A stretch of DNA of 49,723 nucleotides from Chloroflexota bacterium (GTDB lineage Bacteria; Chloroflexota; Anaerolineae; B4-G1; DUEL01). A program made the position numbers and the translations under genes. Shown here piece by piece: positions 8,940-17,849 of this stretch. Numbering within the stretch: the stretch's first letter is position 1; each line of letters opens with the position of its first letter. Location of the stretch: positions 1 to 49,723 of the forward strand of contig DROW01000174.1 in NCBI GenBank assembly GCA_011388675.1, given 5' to 3'. The notes under the pieces are model-generated. The model was not told the origin of the DNA. It ran no database searches and saw only the letters and a program-made list of their open reading frames with translations.

Positions 8940-10319
8940 ATGTCGCTTCTGCGGAGAATTGAGAAGGCCAAACAGCAGGTCGGACGGACCGGAGAGGGGG
9001 GGCCGGACCGGCGTGTGTCGGTGGCAGGGGCTCCCCCCTCCGTCACGCGGGACACCTTCAAGGATCTGAAGACGCGCATTCAGAACAAACTGATCGCCGA
9101 ACTCGACCCGACGCTGGACGTCTCCCGCGAGGAGGAGGTTCGGCGGACCATCCGGGAGATGTACGAAGCGCTCCTGGCGGAGGAGCGGATCGTCCTCAGC
9201 CGGGCCGAGCGGGAGCGGCTGTTCGAACAGATCGTCGCCGAGATCCTGGGCCTGGGGCCGCTGGAGCCCCTCCTGCGCGATCCGACGATCACTGAGATCA
9301 TGGTCAACGGGCCCAAGAACATCTACGTGGAGCGGAACGGGAAGATCGAGCGGGTGCGAGCCACCTTCGAGTCGGACGAGCACCTGATGAGGATCATCGA
9401 GCGGATCGTGGCTCCGCTGGGCCGCCGGATCGACGAGAGCGTCCCTTATCAGGACGCCCGTTTGCCGGATGGGTCCCGCGTCAACGCCATCATCCCGCCG
9501 CTTTCGCTGATCGGCCCGGTGCTGACCATCCGGAAGTTCTTCAAGATCCCCCTCACGGCGGAGCGGCTGATCGAACTGGGCTCGATCACCCCAGAGGCGG
9601 TGGAGTTCCTCAAAGCGTGTGTTCAGGCGAAGTTGAACATCGTCGTCTCCGGCGGTACCGGCACCGGCAAGACTACGCTGCTGAACGTCCTCTCGGCCTT
9701 CATTCCTAACGACGAGCGGATCATCACCATCGAGAACGCTGCCGAGTTGCAGTTGCAGCAGGAACACGTGGTCCCCCTGGAATCCCGTCCCCCCAACATC
9801 GAGGGGCGGGGCGAGGTAACGATCCGGGATTTGGTCATCAACAGCCTGCGGATGCGGCCCGACCGGATCATCGTCGGCGAGTGCCGGGGGCCGGAGGCGT
9901 TCGACATGCTCCAGGCGATGAACACGGGCCACGAGGGATCGATGACGACCATCCACGCCAACACCCCGCGGGATGCCCTCGCTCGTCTGGAGAACATGAT
10001 TCTGATGGCCGGTATGGACCTGCCGCACCGGGCGATCCGTGAGCAGATCGCCTCGGCGCTGGATCTCATCGTGCAGTTGGAGCGGATGCGGGACGGAAGC
10101 CGGAAGGTGGTCAACATCAGCGAGATCGAGGGGATGGAGGGCGACGTGATCGTCATGTCCGACATCTTCAAGTTCGAACTGGCCGGCTACGAGAAGGGCC
10201 GAGTGATCGGTTCCCTTCGCCCCACCGGCATCCGACCGAAGTTTATGGACCGGATCGAGGCGGCCGGGATCCATCTGCCGCCGACGATCTTCGGAGTGGG
10301 TGGACGGTTCCGCCTGTAA
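8940..10319 (+). CDS. cpaF: CpaF/TadA-family type II/IV secretion ATPase
   Basis: Walker A VSGGTGTGKTTLLN, Asp box and Walker B (RPDRIIVGECRG), His box (MNTGHEGSMTTIHAN). Length is typical at about 460 aa. Confidence 0.9.
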   Translation: MSLLRRIEKAKQQVGRTGEGGPDRRVSVAGAPPSVTRDTFKDLKTRIQNKLIAELDPTLDVSREEEVRRTIREMYEALLAEERIVLSRAERERLFEQIVAEILGLGPLEPLLRDPTITEIMVNGPKNIYVERNGKIERVRATFESDEHLMRIIERIVAPLGRRIDESVPYQDARLPDGSRVNAIIPPLSLIGPVLTIRKFFKIPLTAERLIELGSITPEAVEFLKACVQAKLNIVVSGGTGTGKTTLLNVLSAFIPNDERIITIENAAELQLQQEHVVPLESRPPNIEGRGEVTIRDLVINSLRMRPDRIIVGECRGPEAFDMLQAMNTGHEGSMTTIHANTPRDALARLENMILMAGMDLPHRAIREQIASALDLIVQLERMRDGSRKVVNISEIEGMEGDVIVMSDIFKFELAGYEKGRVIGSLRPTGIRPKFMDRIEAAGIHLPPTIFGVGGRFRL

Positions 10320-10340
10320 GGCAAAGGAGAGAGGCAAGCG

Positions 10341-11303
10341 ATGGACGTCCCGGTCCTTGTCACCGTCCTCGTCCTGGCGGTCTTCTTCGGGTACGGCGTC
10401 TACCTCTTCATCCGAGGGCGACGATCGGAGGTGGAGGAGCGGTTGGGGCGGTACACGGCCCCGATCGGCGAGCCGGAGACGCGGGAGGCCGCCAGAGGCG
10501 CGCGACGGTCCCCGTTGGGGGAGCGGCTGGAGCGGGCCATTTCGGGCCGAGGGTTCGCCGAGAACATTCGGACCCAATTGGCGCGCGCCAATTTGAAGTT
10601 GACGGCGGGCGAGTTCATCGCTGCCACCGTGATCTCCGTCATCCTCTTCGCCTTCCTGGCTTACTTCTTCGGCCACCACAACCCGCTGTTCGGGCTGGGT
10701 GGCGCGGTCCTGGGCTTCTTCGCCCCCCGCTGGTACGTCTCCTTCCTCCAGCAGCGTCGCCTGAATGCGTTTAACTCCCAGTTGAGCGATACGATCAACA
10801 TGCTGGTCAACGGCCTGCGTGCCGGGTACAGCGTGCTGCAGGCGATGGAGGCAGTGGCCGAGGAGATGGGCCCACCAGCCTCGGAGGAATTCCGGCGGGT
10901 CGTCCGCGAGGTCCAGTTGGGCCTCAGTATGGAGGAGGCCCTCAACAACCTCCTGCGCCGCGTCCCCTCCGACGACCTCGACCTGATGATCACGGCGATG
11001 AACGTGCAGCGGGAGGTGGGCGGCAACCTCGCGGAAGTGCTGGACGCGATCAGTTTCACCATCCGCGAGCGAATCCGCATCCAGGGCGAGATCCGGGCCC
11101 TCACCGCCCAGGGGCGGTATTCGGGGTACATCGTCAGCCTGTTGCCCGTCGTGGTCGCCATCCTGATCTACACCATCAACCCCGACTTCATTCGGCCGCT
11201 GTTCGAGGATCGGACCTGCGGCTGGCCGGTGCTGGGTTTCGCAGCCCTGGGGGTCATCATAGGCAACCTGGTCATCCGCAAGATCGTGGAAATCGAGGTG
11301 TGA
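10341..11303 (+). CDS. tadB: TadB-like type II secretion system F-family inner-membrane protein
   Basis: N-terminal TM helix plus a T2SSF-like cytoplasmic domain (..LSDTINMLVNGLRAGYSVLQAME..) and C-terminal TM helices. SD is AAGGAGAGAGG. Confidence 0.8.
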   Translation: MDVPVLVTVLVLAVFFGYGVYLFIRGRRSEVEERLGRYTAPIGEPETREAARGARRSPLGERLERAISGRGFAENIRTQLARANLKLTAGEFIAATVISVILFAFLAYFFGHHNPLFGLGGAVLGFFAPRWYVSFLQQRRLNAFNSQLSDTINMLVNGLRAGYSVLQAMEAVAEEMGPPASEEFRRVVREVQLGLSMEEALNNLLRRVPSDDLDLMITAMNVQREVGGNLAEVLDAISFTIRERIRIQGEIRALTAQGRYSGYIVSLLPVVVAILIYTINPDFIRPLFEDRTCGWPVLGFAALGVIIGNLVIRKIVEIEV

Positions 11304-11319
11304 TCGCTTTGAGGTGGGA

Positions 11320-12267
11320 ATGAGCGCAATCGTCCTGGTCGTGCTGATCGTCTCCGTTGTGGGAGGGCTGACCCTCATCGTGATCGGCCTGTTGGGATCA
11401 CGGGAGGAAGCCACCGTCGAGGAGCGGCTGACCCAGTTGGGGACGCTGGAGCGTCCTCCCTCCCTTGAGGAGATCGAACTCTCCCAGCCGTTTTCCGAGC
11501 GGGTCCTCCGTCCCTGGCTGCGGAAACTGGCTGATTTCATCGCCCGTTTCACGCCGGAGCAGACGCTCGCGCGGACCCGCCGTAACCTGGAGTTGGCCGG
11601 GTTGATCTACCGGATGGGCCCGGCGGAGTTCATCGCCATCCGGTATGTCCTGATGGCCGTGATGGGCGCGCTGGCGATCCTCATCGCTTCGAAGAGCGAT
11701 GCCTCGCCGTTCCAAAAGGCGGGGATGATCGTCGTGACAGCGGCCCTCGGCCATTTCCTTCCCGTGCTGTGGCTGGGTTCCCGGATCAGTCGGCGGAAGC
11801 GGGAGATCCTGAAGGCGCTGCCCGACGCGCTGGACCTGCTGACCATCTGCGTTGAAGCGGGCCTGGGGTTCGACGCAGCGATGGCCAAAGTGGTGGAGAA
11901 GTGGGACAACGAACTGAGCGAGGGGTTCGCCCGAGTGCTCCAGGAGATCCGTCTGGGCAAACTGCGCCGTGAAGCCCTGCGGGAGATGGCGGATACCGTG
12001 GACCTGCCGGAGTTCTCCACCTTTGCGGCGGCCATCATCCAGGCCGAGCAGTTGGGGGTGAGCATCGCCAAGGTGCTGCGTATCCAGTCGGACCAGATGA
12101 GGGTGCGGCGGCGGCAGCGGGCGGAGGAGGAGGCGCGGAAGGCCCCGGTGAAGATCATGCTCCCCGCCGTGCTTTTGATCTTCCCTTCGCTGTTCGCCAT
12201 CATCCTTGGCCCGGCAGCGATCAACCTGAAGGACATCCTGGGCCATAGCAACGTCATGGGGCCGTGA
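11320..12267 (+). CDS. tadC: TadC-like type II secretion system F-family inner-membrane protein
   Basis: T2SSF-like (..LPDALDLLTICVEAGLGFDAAMAKV..) and a paralog of the preceding gene. I preferred the ATG at 11320, which follows GAGG by 5 nt. A GTG at 11314 is an alternative start. Confidence 0.8.
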   Translation: MSAIVLVVLIVSVVGGLTLIVIGLLGSREEATVEERLTQLGTLERPPSLEEIELSQPFSERVLRPWLRKLADFIARFTPEQTLARTRRNLELAGLIYRMGPAEFIAIRYVLMAVMGALAILIASKSDASPFQKAGMIVVTAALGHFLPVLWLGSRISRRKREILKALPDALDLLTICVEAGLGFDAAMAKVVEKWDNELSEGFARVLQEIRLGKLRREALREMADTVDLPEFSTFAAAIIQAEQLGVSIAKVLRIQSDQMRVRRRQRAEEEARKAPVKIMLPAVLLIFPSLFAIILGPAAINLKDILGHSNVMGP

Positions 12268-12307
12268 GTGGAGCGGGCGTCTTCATCGTTGCCGACTACG
12301 AAGCGGG

Positions 12308-13009
12308 ATGCCGGACGTCGACGTCATCGGTCGTTTGAGGTGCTGGGTTCTCGACCTGCTGTTTCCCCCCCGGTGCCTCGTGTGCCAGCGGGTAGGGACG
12401 TGGCTCTGTGCCGAATGTGTTTCCTCGCTCCCTTTCGTTCGCGGGCCGGTTTGCCAACGGTGCGGCCTCCCTCTCCAAAAGGAGGGCCTTTGCAGGCGAT
12501 GCGCCGACCACCCTCTGCGTATCGATGGGATTCGTTCCGTGTTCCTCTTCCAGGGGGTGATCCGGACGGCAGTCCATCGGCTGAAGTACCGGGGGCAGCG
12601 GGGGCTGGCGGAGCCGCTGGGGGCGCTGATGGCCGAAAAGTGGCTGGAACGGCCGGTGGAGATCGACTTGATCGTGCCGGTTCCGCTGCACCCCCGTCGG
12701 TTGCGGCAGCGCGGCTACAACCAGGCGGCGCTGTTGGCTTCCGCGCTGGCCCAGCGCGTCCAGCGCCCGGTTCGAGAAGAGGCCCTCGTCCGGGTGCGGA
12801 ACACCCATCCCCAGATGGAGTTGGGGAGGGCGGAGCGACGACGGAACGTCCAGGGAGCCTTCCGGTGTCGGGAGGACGTGCGGGGACGACGGGTTCTGGT
12901 GGTGGACGACGTCTGTACCACCGGGGCCACGCTTGAGGCGTGCGCGGATGCTCTTAGGGCGGGCGGCGCGCGTCAGATCTGGGCGCTGACGCTGGCCAGG
13001 GCACCTTAA
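12308..13009 (+). CDS. comFC: ComF-family protein (ComFC-type phosphoribosyltransferase-like)
   Basis: N-terminal Cys4 zinc finger (PPRCLVCQ..WLCAECV.., ..CQRCGLP..CRRC) and a C-terminal PRTase motif, VLVVDDVCTTGATL. Confidence 0.8.
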   Translation: MPDVDVIGRLRCWVLDLLFPPRCLVCQRVGTWLCAECVSSLPFVRGPVCQRCGLPLQKEGLCRRCADHPLRIDGIRSVFLFQGVIRTAVHRLKYRGQRGLAEPLGALMAEKWLERPVEIDLIVPVPLHPRRLRQRGYNQAALLASALAQRVQRPVREEALVRVRNTHPQMELGRAERRRNVQGAFRCREDVRGRRVLVVDDVCTTGATLEACADALRAGGARQIWALTLARAP

Positions 13010-13042
13010 GGGAAAAAGACCACTTTACTCTGGAGGATGAAG

Positions 13043-13582
13043 ATGGACATTCAGTTGAACGCGCGGAATCTGGAGATCACACCCCGTCTCCGGGAGTATG
13101 TGGAGAAGAAAGTCTCTAAGTTGAACCGCTACCTGCCGAACCTGGACGAGGTGCGGGTCGATCTCTCGGTGGAGAGTGCCCGGTCCAGCGACCAGCGACA
13201 GGTGGCCCAGTTGACCGCTTGGGTTGGCGGGACGGTCCTTCGGGCTGAGGAGCGGGCGGGAGACCTGTTCGCCGCCATCGATGTCGCGGTGGACAAGATG
13301 CGACGGCAGATCTCCCGGTACAAGGAGCGGAGACAGGATCGATGGCAGCGGTCGGGTGGGGCGCGTACCGCCCCGCCGCCCGAGGAAGAGGAAGGCGGCG
13401 GCACCCTGGTCCGCATCAAGCGGTTCGACATGGTGCCGATGACGCCCGAGGAGGCCATCGAACAGATGGAGTTGCTGGGGCATCAGTTCTTCGTTTTCCT
13501 GAACGCAAACGAGGGGGAGATCAACGTCGTCTATCGGCGCCGTGATGGGAACTATGGGTTGATTATGCCTCAGATCAGGTGA
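13043..13582 (+). CDS. hpf: ribosome hibernation-promoting factor, long form
   Basis: MDIQLNARNLEITPRLREYVEKKVSKLNRY.. is the sigma54-modulation/S30AE fold. The C-terminal dimerisation domain is present (..IKRFDMVPMTPEEAIEQMELLGHQFFVF..). The ATG at 13043 lies 6 nt after GGAGG. Confidence 0.9.
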   Translation: MDIQLNARNLEITPRLREYVEKKVSKLNRYLPNLDEVRVDLSVESARSSDQRQVAQLTAWVGGTVLRAEERAGDLFAAIDVAVDKMRRQISRYKERRQDRWQRSGGARTAPPPEEEEGGGTLVRIKRFDMVPMTPEEAIEQMELLGHQFFVFLNANEGEINVVYRRRDGNYGLIMPQIR

Positions 13583-13611
13583 GGCCGAGGTCGACGCAGC
13601 GAAGCGTGGGA

Positions 13612-13641
13612 GCCCGGTAGGTCGACCTGCCGGGCTTCCTT
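13612..13641 (+). terminator. hairpin terminator candidate after hpf
   Basis: GCCCGGTAGGTCGACCTGCCGGGC is a near-perfect palindrome (one G-U pair). It is followed by TTCCTT. Confidence 0.45.
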
Positions 13642-13662
13642 ATGTAGAAATGTGGAAGCGCG

Positions 13663-14784
13663 ATGGCTGGTGGGGTGACGCTGGTCCTGATGGTGGGTGG
13701 GGAGGCGCGCAGCCCGGTCGAGCGGGCGGTTCGCCGGGCGCGGGAGGCTGCGGCGTGCGACCTTCTGGAGGCGTTGCTGGAGGCCGGGTGCGTGGCGCGG
13801 GCCGTCGTCGCCACCGACGACCCCCGCTGGACGGCGTCGCTGACCCACCTGCCCGTGGAGGTCGACCTCGACCGGCCGGGCGAGCCGTTCCACTTCGGCC
13901 GTCGGCTGGCCGGCCTCGTCCGTCGCTACCGGCTGAACGGGGTGTTGTACGCCGGCGGGGGAGCGGCCCCGTTGATGTCCCCGTCCGCGTGGCGGAGGGC
14001 CCTTGCCGATTTCGCCGCCGGAAGGGTGGCGGTCGTGACCAACAACCTTCATTCTTCCGATTGGGTTGCCTTCCGTGCCACGGAGGAATGGCTGTCCCTC
14101 GTCTCCGCCCAGGAGCGGGATAACGGGCTGGCGTGGGCGCTGGCCCACGAGGCGGGGTTACCGACGCGCGCCCTCCCCCCCTCGGCGGCCACCCGGTTCG
14201 ATCTGGACACCCCGGCCGACCTGCTGATCGCGCGGGCTCACCCGAACACGCCGTCGCGCCTGCGGGAGGTCTTGCGCGCGCTCGATTGGCCTGGGGACGC
14301 CCTTGAGGGCGTGCTGGCGGCGATGGAACGGGAGGGGGGGCTGTTGGCCGTGATCGGCCGCTCCTCGTCGGCTGCCTGGACCGCGCTGGAGAGGGCTACC
14401 CGGTGCTGGGTGCGGATGTACGTGGAGGAGCGCGGGATGGTCGCCAGCGGGCGGCTTCGTCGGGGAGAGGTTCGTTCCCTTCTCGCCGAGTACCTGGAAC
14501 AGGTGGGGCTGGAGGGTTTTTTCTCCACCCTGGGCGATCTGGCCGACGCGGTGCTGATGGACAACCGTGTGATCCTGGCCGCGCGCGGACGGTGGCCCTC
14601 CCGGGCCGACCGGTTCGCGGCCGATCTGTTCCGCTGGCAGGAGGTCGCGGACCCGTTCCTGCGGGCGTTCGCCCGGGCGGCGGCGGCGGCGGAGATCCCC
14701 GTTCTGATGGGGGGCCAGTCCGTCGTCTCCGGCGGGCTGCTGGCGCTGGTCGAGATCCTGACGTCGCGGAGAGAGGGATGGTGA
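13663..14784 (+). CDS. hypothetical protein. The N-terminal half is tentatively MobA/CofC-like (GT-A nucleotidyltransferase fold); the C-terminal half is unknown.
   Basis: Coherent codon usage and an ATGGTGA start/stop overlap with the next gene. Weak motifs only (..VLMVGGEARSP.., ..FDLDTPADLL..). The function is not established. Confidence 0.55.
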   Translation: MAGGVTLVLMVGGEARSPVERAVRRAREAAACDLLEALLEAGCVARAVVATDDPRWTASLTHLPVEVDLDRPGEPFHFGRRLAGLVRRYRLNGVLYAGGGAAPLMSPSAWRRALADFAAGRVAVVTNNLHSSDWVAFRATEEWLSLVSAQERDNGLAWALAHEAGLPTRALPPSAATRFDLDTPADLLIARAHPNTPSRLREVLRALDWPGDALEGVLAAMEREGGLLAVIGRSSSAAWTALERATRCWVRMYVEERGMVASGRLRRGEVRSLLAEYLEQVGLEGFFSTLGDLADAVLMDNRVILAARGRWPSRADRFAADLFRWQEVADPFLRAFARAAAAAEIPVLMGGQSVVSGGLLALVEILTSRREGW

Positions 14785-15275
14785 GGCGAGTTCTCTTCGT
14801 GTGTGCGGGCAATCTGTGCCGTTCCCCGATGGCGGCGGCGATCCTGCGGTCTCGCCTGGAGCGGGACCCCCGCCGGAAGGACTGGGAGGTCGCGTCGGCT
14901 GGCCTGTGGGCGGAAGAGGGCCTGCCGGCCAGCGAGCCGGCGATCCGGGTTATGGCGGAGCGGGGGTACCGCATCGATCACCACCGGTCCCGCCGGGTCA
15001 CCCGGCAGATGCTGGAGCGGGCCGACCTGGTTCTCGGGATGACCCCCGACCACGTCGAAGCGCTGCGGCTGGCCTTCCCCGACCTGGCGGATCGGGTCCA
15101 CCTGCTGGCGGAGATGATCGGCGGATCCTTTGGCGTGGAGGACCCCTATGGGCGGCCGCTCGGCGTCTACCGGGTGGTGGCGGACGAGTTGGAGCGGATC
15201 GTCGAAGGGGGGTATGACCGAATCGTCTCCCTGGCGGAACGCGGCGGGCGCGTCGCTGGGGAGCCTCCGCCGTAA
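14778..15275 (+). CDS. low-molecular-weight protein tyrosine/arginine phosphatase family
   Basis: The P-loop VLFVCAGNLCRSPMAAA gives the CX5R(S) signature, and a DP(Y/F) motif is present (VEDPYG). The ATG at 14778 overlaps the upstream stop. Confidence 0.85.
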   Translation: MVRRVLFVCAGNLCRSPMAAAILRSRLERDPRRKDWEVASAGLWAEEGLPASEPAIRVMAERGYRIDHHRSRRVTRQMLERADLVLGMTPDHVEALRLAFPDLADRVHLLAEMIGGSFGVEDPYGRPLGVYRVVADELERIVEGGYDRIVSLAERGGRVAGEPPP

Positions 15276-15356
15276 TGATCCCTGAGGGGGCTGAGGGCGT
15301 TCGGGCCCTCCTCAATCCGCTCCTATTCTGAAGCACACCCCCGGCGGAAAGACAAG

Positions 15357-15384
15357 TTGACTGTATTGGAAGAACAGGTATAAT
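15357..15384 (+). promoter_or_regulatory. sigma70-type promoter for the DUF4388/GTPase operon
   Basis: TTGACT (15357-15362), 16-nt spacer, TATAAT (15379-15384). Confidence 0.5.
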
Positions 15385-15452
15385 CAAGTCACTTCGACGA
15401 GAGTTGGGGAAGACGGGGGACCTGAAGGCTCCGCTAAGAAGGCAGGCAGGAT

Positions 15453-16283
15453 ATGGCGCTGAAAGGGAATCTGCGCGACTTCAACACCACTCAGTTGTTC
15501 AACCTGATCAACCTGGCACGGAAGACAGGGACGCTGACTATTGAGACCAAGGACGCGCGGGCCCGGCTCTGCTTCAAAGAGGGGAAGTTGATCTACGCTG
15601 GTCTCGACGGGCAGGACGATCGCCTGGTCACCATTCTCCTCAAGGCCGGGAAACTCACCGAGGAGCAAGCGCGCACCATCCGTGCTCGGTCCGACATCAA
15701 AAACGACAAGGAACTGGGGCTGCTGCTGATCAACGCGGGCTATGTATCCCAGGAGGACATCGTCCGCAGCGTGCGGGAGCACACGCTGGAGACGGTGTAC
15801 CAGTTGTTCAACTGGACGGAGGGCACGTTCCGCTTCGAGCCCGGCCTGCTTCCCATTGAGGGCCGGATCACCGTCCCCATCGACCTGGAGAACGTGATTA
15901 TGGAGGGCAGCCGTCGGCTGAAGGAATCGGCCCGGCTGGAGGAGGAACTGCCCAACCTGGATATGGCCCTTAAGTTCACGGATCGCCCAGATGCCCGTAT
16001 GCGGACCATCAACCTCACCGTTGAGGAATGGCGGGTCGTTTCCTTCATCAATCCCCGGAACACGATTCGCCAGATTGCTCAGTACAACAATATGAGCGAT
16101 TTCCAGATCCGGCGCATCGTCTACGGCCTGCTGCAGGCGGGGTTGGTGGAGTTGGTACCCCCGGAAGGTGTGGAGCGGAAGCCTCCCCCGGGTGCGCCTC
16201 CTGGCACTCCACCGAGGCCACGACGTCCAGCAGTGAAACGGAGCATCATCCAACGACTGATCGACCGCATCCGGGAGCTGTAG
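15453..16283 (+). CDS. DUF4388 (PatA-N-like) domain protein with a Pro-rich C-terminal tail
   Basis: The N-terminus LKGNLRDFNTTQLFNLINLARKTGTLTIE..ARLCFKEGKLIYA matches the DUF4388 pattern. The C-terminus is PPPGAPPGTPPRPRRP followed by a short helix. Confidence 0.7.
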   Translation: MALKGNLRDFNTTQLFNLINLARKTGTLTIETKDARARLCFKEGKLIYAGLDGQDDRLVTILLKAGKLTEEQARTIRARSDIKNDKELGLLLINAGYVSQEDIVRSVREHTLETVYQLFNWTEGTFRFEPGLLPIEGRITVPIDLENVIMEGSRRLKESARLEEELPNLDMALKFTDRPDARMRTINLTVEEWRVVSFINPRNTIRQIAQYNNMSDFQIRRIVYGLLQAGLVELVPPEGVERKPPPGAPPGTPPRPRRPAVKRSIIQRLIDRIREL

Positions 16284-16286
16284 GAT

Positions 16287-16847
16287 ATGCAAACGCTGAA
16301 GATGGTTGTTACTGGCCCCTTTGCGGCCGGAAAGACGCAGTTCATCCAGAGCGTCAGCGAGATCGACGTCGTCGAGACCGAGGCAAAGATCACTCGGGAC
16401 GAGGAAAAGATCAAGGACCGCACCACGGTGGCGATGGACTTCGGCCGCATCACCATCGACGAGGACCTGGTTCTCTACCTTTTCGGGACGCCTGGACAGC
16501 GCCGATTCGACTTTATGTGGGAGATCCTCTCCGAGGGGATGCTGGGTTTCGTTGTGGTCGTGGACAGCACGCGGCCGGAGACGTTCCGGGAGGCGCGGGA
16601 GATCCTCGATACGTTTTACAACTACGCGCCGACGCCCTACGTGGTAGCGGCGAACAAACAGGATCTGGAAGACGCGTGGGAGCCGGAGGACCTGCGGATC
16701 GCGCTCCGCATCCCCCGCGACGTGAAGGTCATTCCCTGCGTCGCCACCGACAAGGAAAGCGTGAAGCGGGTGTTGCTGGAGTTGCTGTATTCCATCCTGG
16801 AAACGATGGACGACCAGGAGGGAGAGGAGGGCGAGTCTGCGCAGTAG
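16287..16847 (+). CDS. small Ras-like GTPase of the MglA/CvnD (COG2229) type
   Basis: G1 is GPFAAGKT, G3 is FGTPGQ (no Asp, as in MglA-type proteins), and G4 is NKQD. It starts 3 nt after the DUF4388 gene. Confidence 0.8.
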   Translation: MQTLKMVVTGPFAAGKTQFIQSVSEIDVVETEAKITRDEEKIKDRTTVAMDFGRITIDEDLVLYLFGTPGQRRFDFMWEILSEGMLGFVVVVDSTRPETFREAREILDTFYNYAPTPYVVAANKQDLEDAWEPEDLRIALRIPRDVKVIPCVATDKESVKRVLLELLYSILETMDDQEGEEGESAQ

Positions 16848-16880
16848 GCCGAGGAGGGCGTCCTACAGAAATGGAAGGGC

Positions 16881-16909
16881 GGGGTCGAGCCGTTCGACCC
16901 CCTTTCTTT
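16881..16909 (+). terminator. Rho-independent terminator after the GTPase gene
   Basis: GGGGTCGA-gccgt-TCGACCCC stem-loop, followed by CTTTCTTT. Confidence 0.6.
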
Positions 16910-16995
16910 GGCTGTGATGACCTGTTCGGATCGGGCGACGCTCGTAACCGCTTCGTAATCGAGTTGGAACACAGGGCCCTCTTCCCCGTGGTTAA

Positions 16996-17004
16996 TGGTA
17001 TGAT
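16996..17004 (+). promoter_or_regulatory. extended -10 promoter candidate for the eight-gene operon
   Basis: TGgTATGAT lies 48 nt upstream of the ATG at 17052. There is no good -35 element. Confidence 0.35.
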
Positions 17005-17051
17005 ATGATAAGGAAAGCGGGTGGTCTATACCGGCGCTCGGTAGGGAAGGT

Positions 17052-17837
17052 ATGAGTTCGATCGTCACCGATCGAGGGTTGGTGCACTACGAGGCCTATG
17101 GACGCGGCCAGCCGGTCATCTTCCTCCATTGCTGGCTGGGATCGTGGAGTTATTGGGTCAGCACAATGGAGGCGTTGAGGGACCGGTACAAGACGTATGC
17201 GCTGGATTTCTGGGGGTTTGGTGAGTCGGCGAAGAAGGGGGATCAGTTCGGCGTCTCCGATTACGTCGAGATGGTGATGCAGTTTATGGAACGGATGGGG
17301 CTGGAAAGGGCCCCCGTGATGGGGCATTCGATGGGGGGGACGGTTTCTCTCAGCCTGGCCCTGACTTACCCCGAGCGCGTGGAGAAGGTGGCCGTGGTGG
17401 GGTCTCCGATCAGCGGCGACGGCCTCGCATTGATCCTGAAACTGGCCGCCAAACGGTACCTGGCCGCCCTCGCCTACGGGATCCCGGGCGTCCTCCCCCT
17501 GGGGGTGCGCCTGTTCTCCCCTTTCCTGACCCGCGACTGGAAGCGCTGGTATGGGATGTTCGAGCAGGACCTTTCCCGTACAACGCTGCACTCCTTTCAT
17601 TACAGCATCGCTTCGCTGCGGAAGACGGACCTGACCCCGCGCCTGAAAGAAATCCAGGTGCCGGTCCTGGGGATCTACGGTCTCAGGGACCGGATCGTCG
17701 ACCCGAAGCAGGGGGAGCTGCTGGAGCGGCACGCTCCGTTCGGCCAGGTCGCCTACTTCGATCAATCCGGCCACTTCCCGATGCTGGACGAGCCGGACCG
17801 GTTTCACGCTACGTTGGGAGAGTTTCTTGATCGATAG
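17052..17837 (+). CDS. alpha/beta-hydrolase fold protein (intact Ser-Asp-His triad)
   Basis: HCWLGSW oxyanion region, nucleophile elbow GHSMGG, Asp in GLRDRIV, His in SGHFPMLDEP. Confidence 0.8.
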   Translation: MSSIVTDRGLVHYEAYGRGQPVIFLHCWLGSWSYWVSTMEALRDRYKTYALDFWGFGESAKKGDQFGVSDYVEMVMQFMERMGLERAPVMGHSMGGTVSLSLALTYPERVEKVAVVGSPISGDGLALILKLAAKRYLAALAYGIPGVLPLGVRLFSPFLTRDWKRWYGMFEQDLSRTTLHSFHYSIASLRKTDLTPRLKEIQVPVLGIYGLRDRIVDPKQGELLERHAPFGQVAYFDQSGHFPMLDEPDRFHATLGEFLDR

Positions 17838-17849
17838 GAAGGGCTAGCG

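Noticed and set aside
8802-11552. 916-aa ORF on the minus strand spanning cpaF and tadB
   Set aside because: It is antisense to two genes with unambiguous motifs (Walker A/B, T2SSF). Its translation is low-complexity, rich in R/P/G/D/H, with no recognisable domain and no SD or promoter. This is a typical shadow ORF of high-GC coding DNA.
12268-12936. 222-aa plus-strand ORF overlapping comFC in another frame, and similar overlapping ORFs throughout the track
   Set aside because: It is an out-of-frame overlap with a gene carrying clear ComF motifs. The translation is an R/P/G/A-rich low-complexity string.
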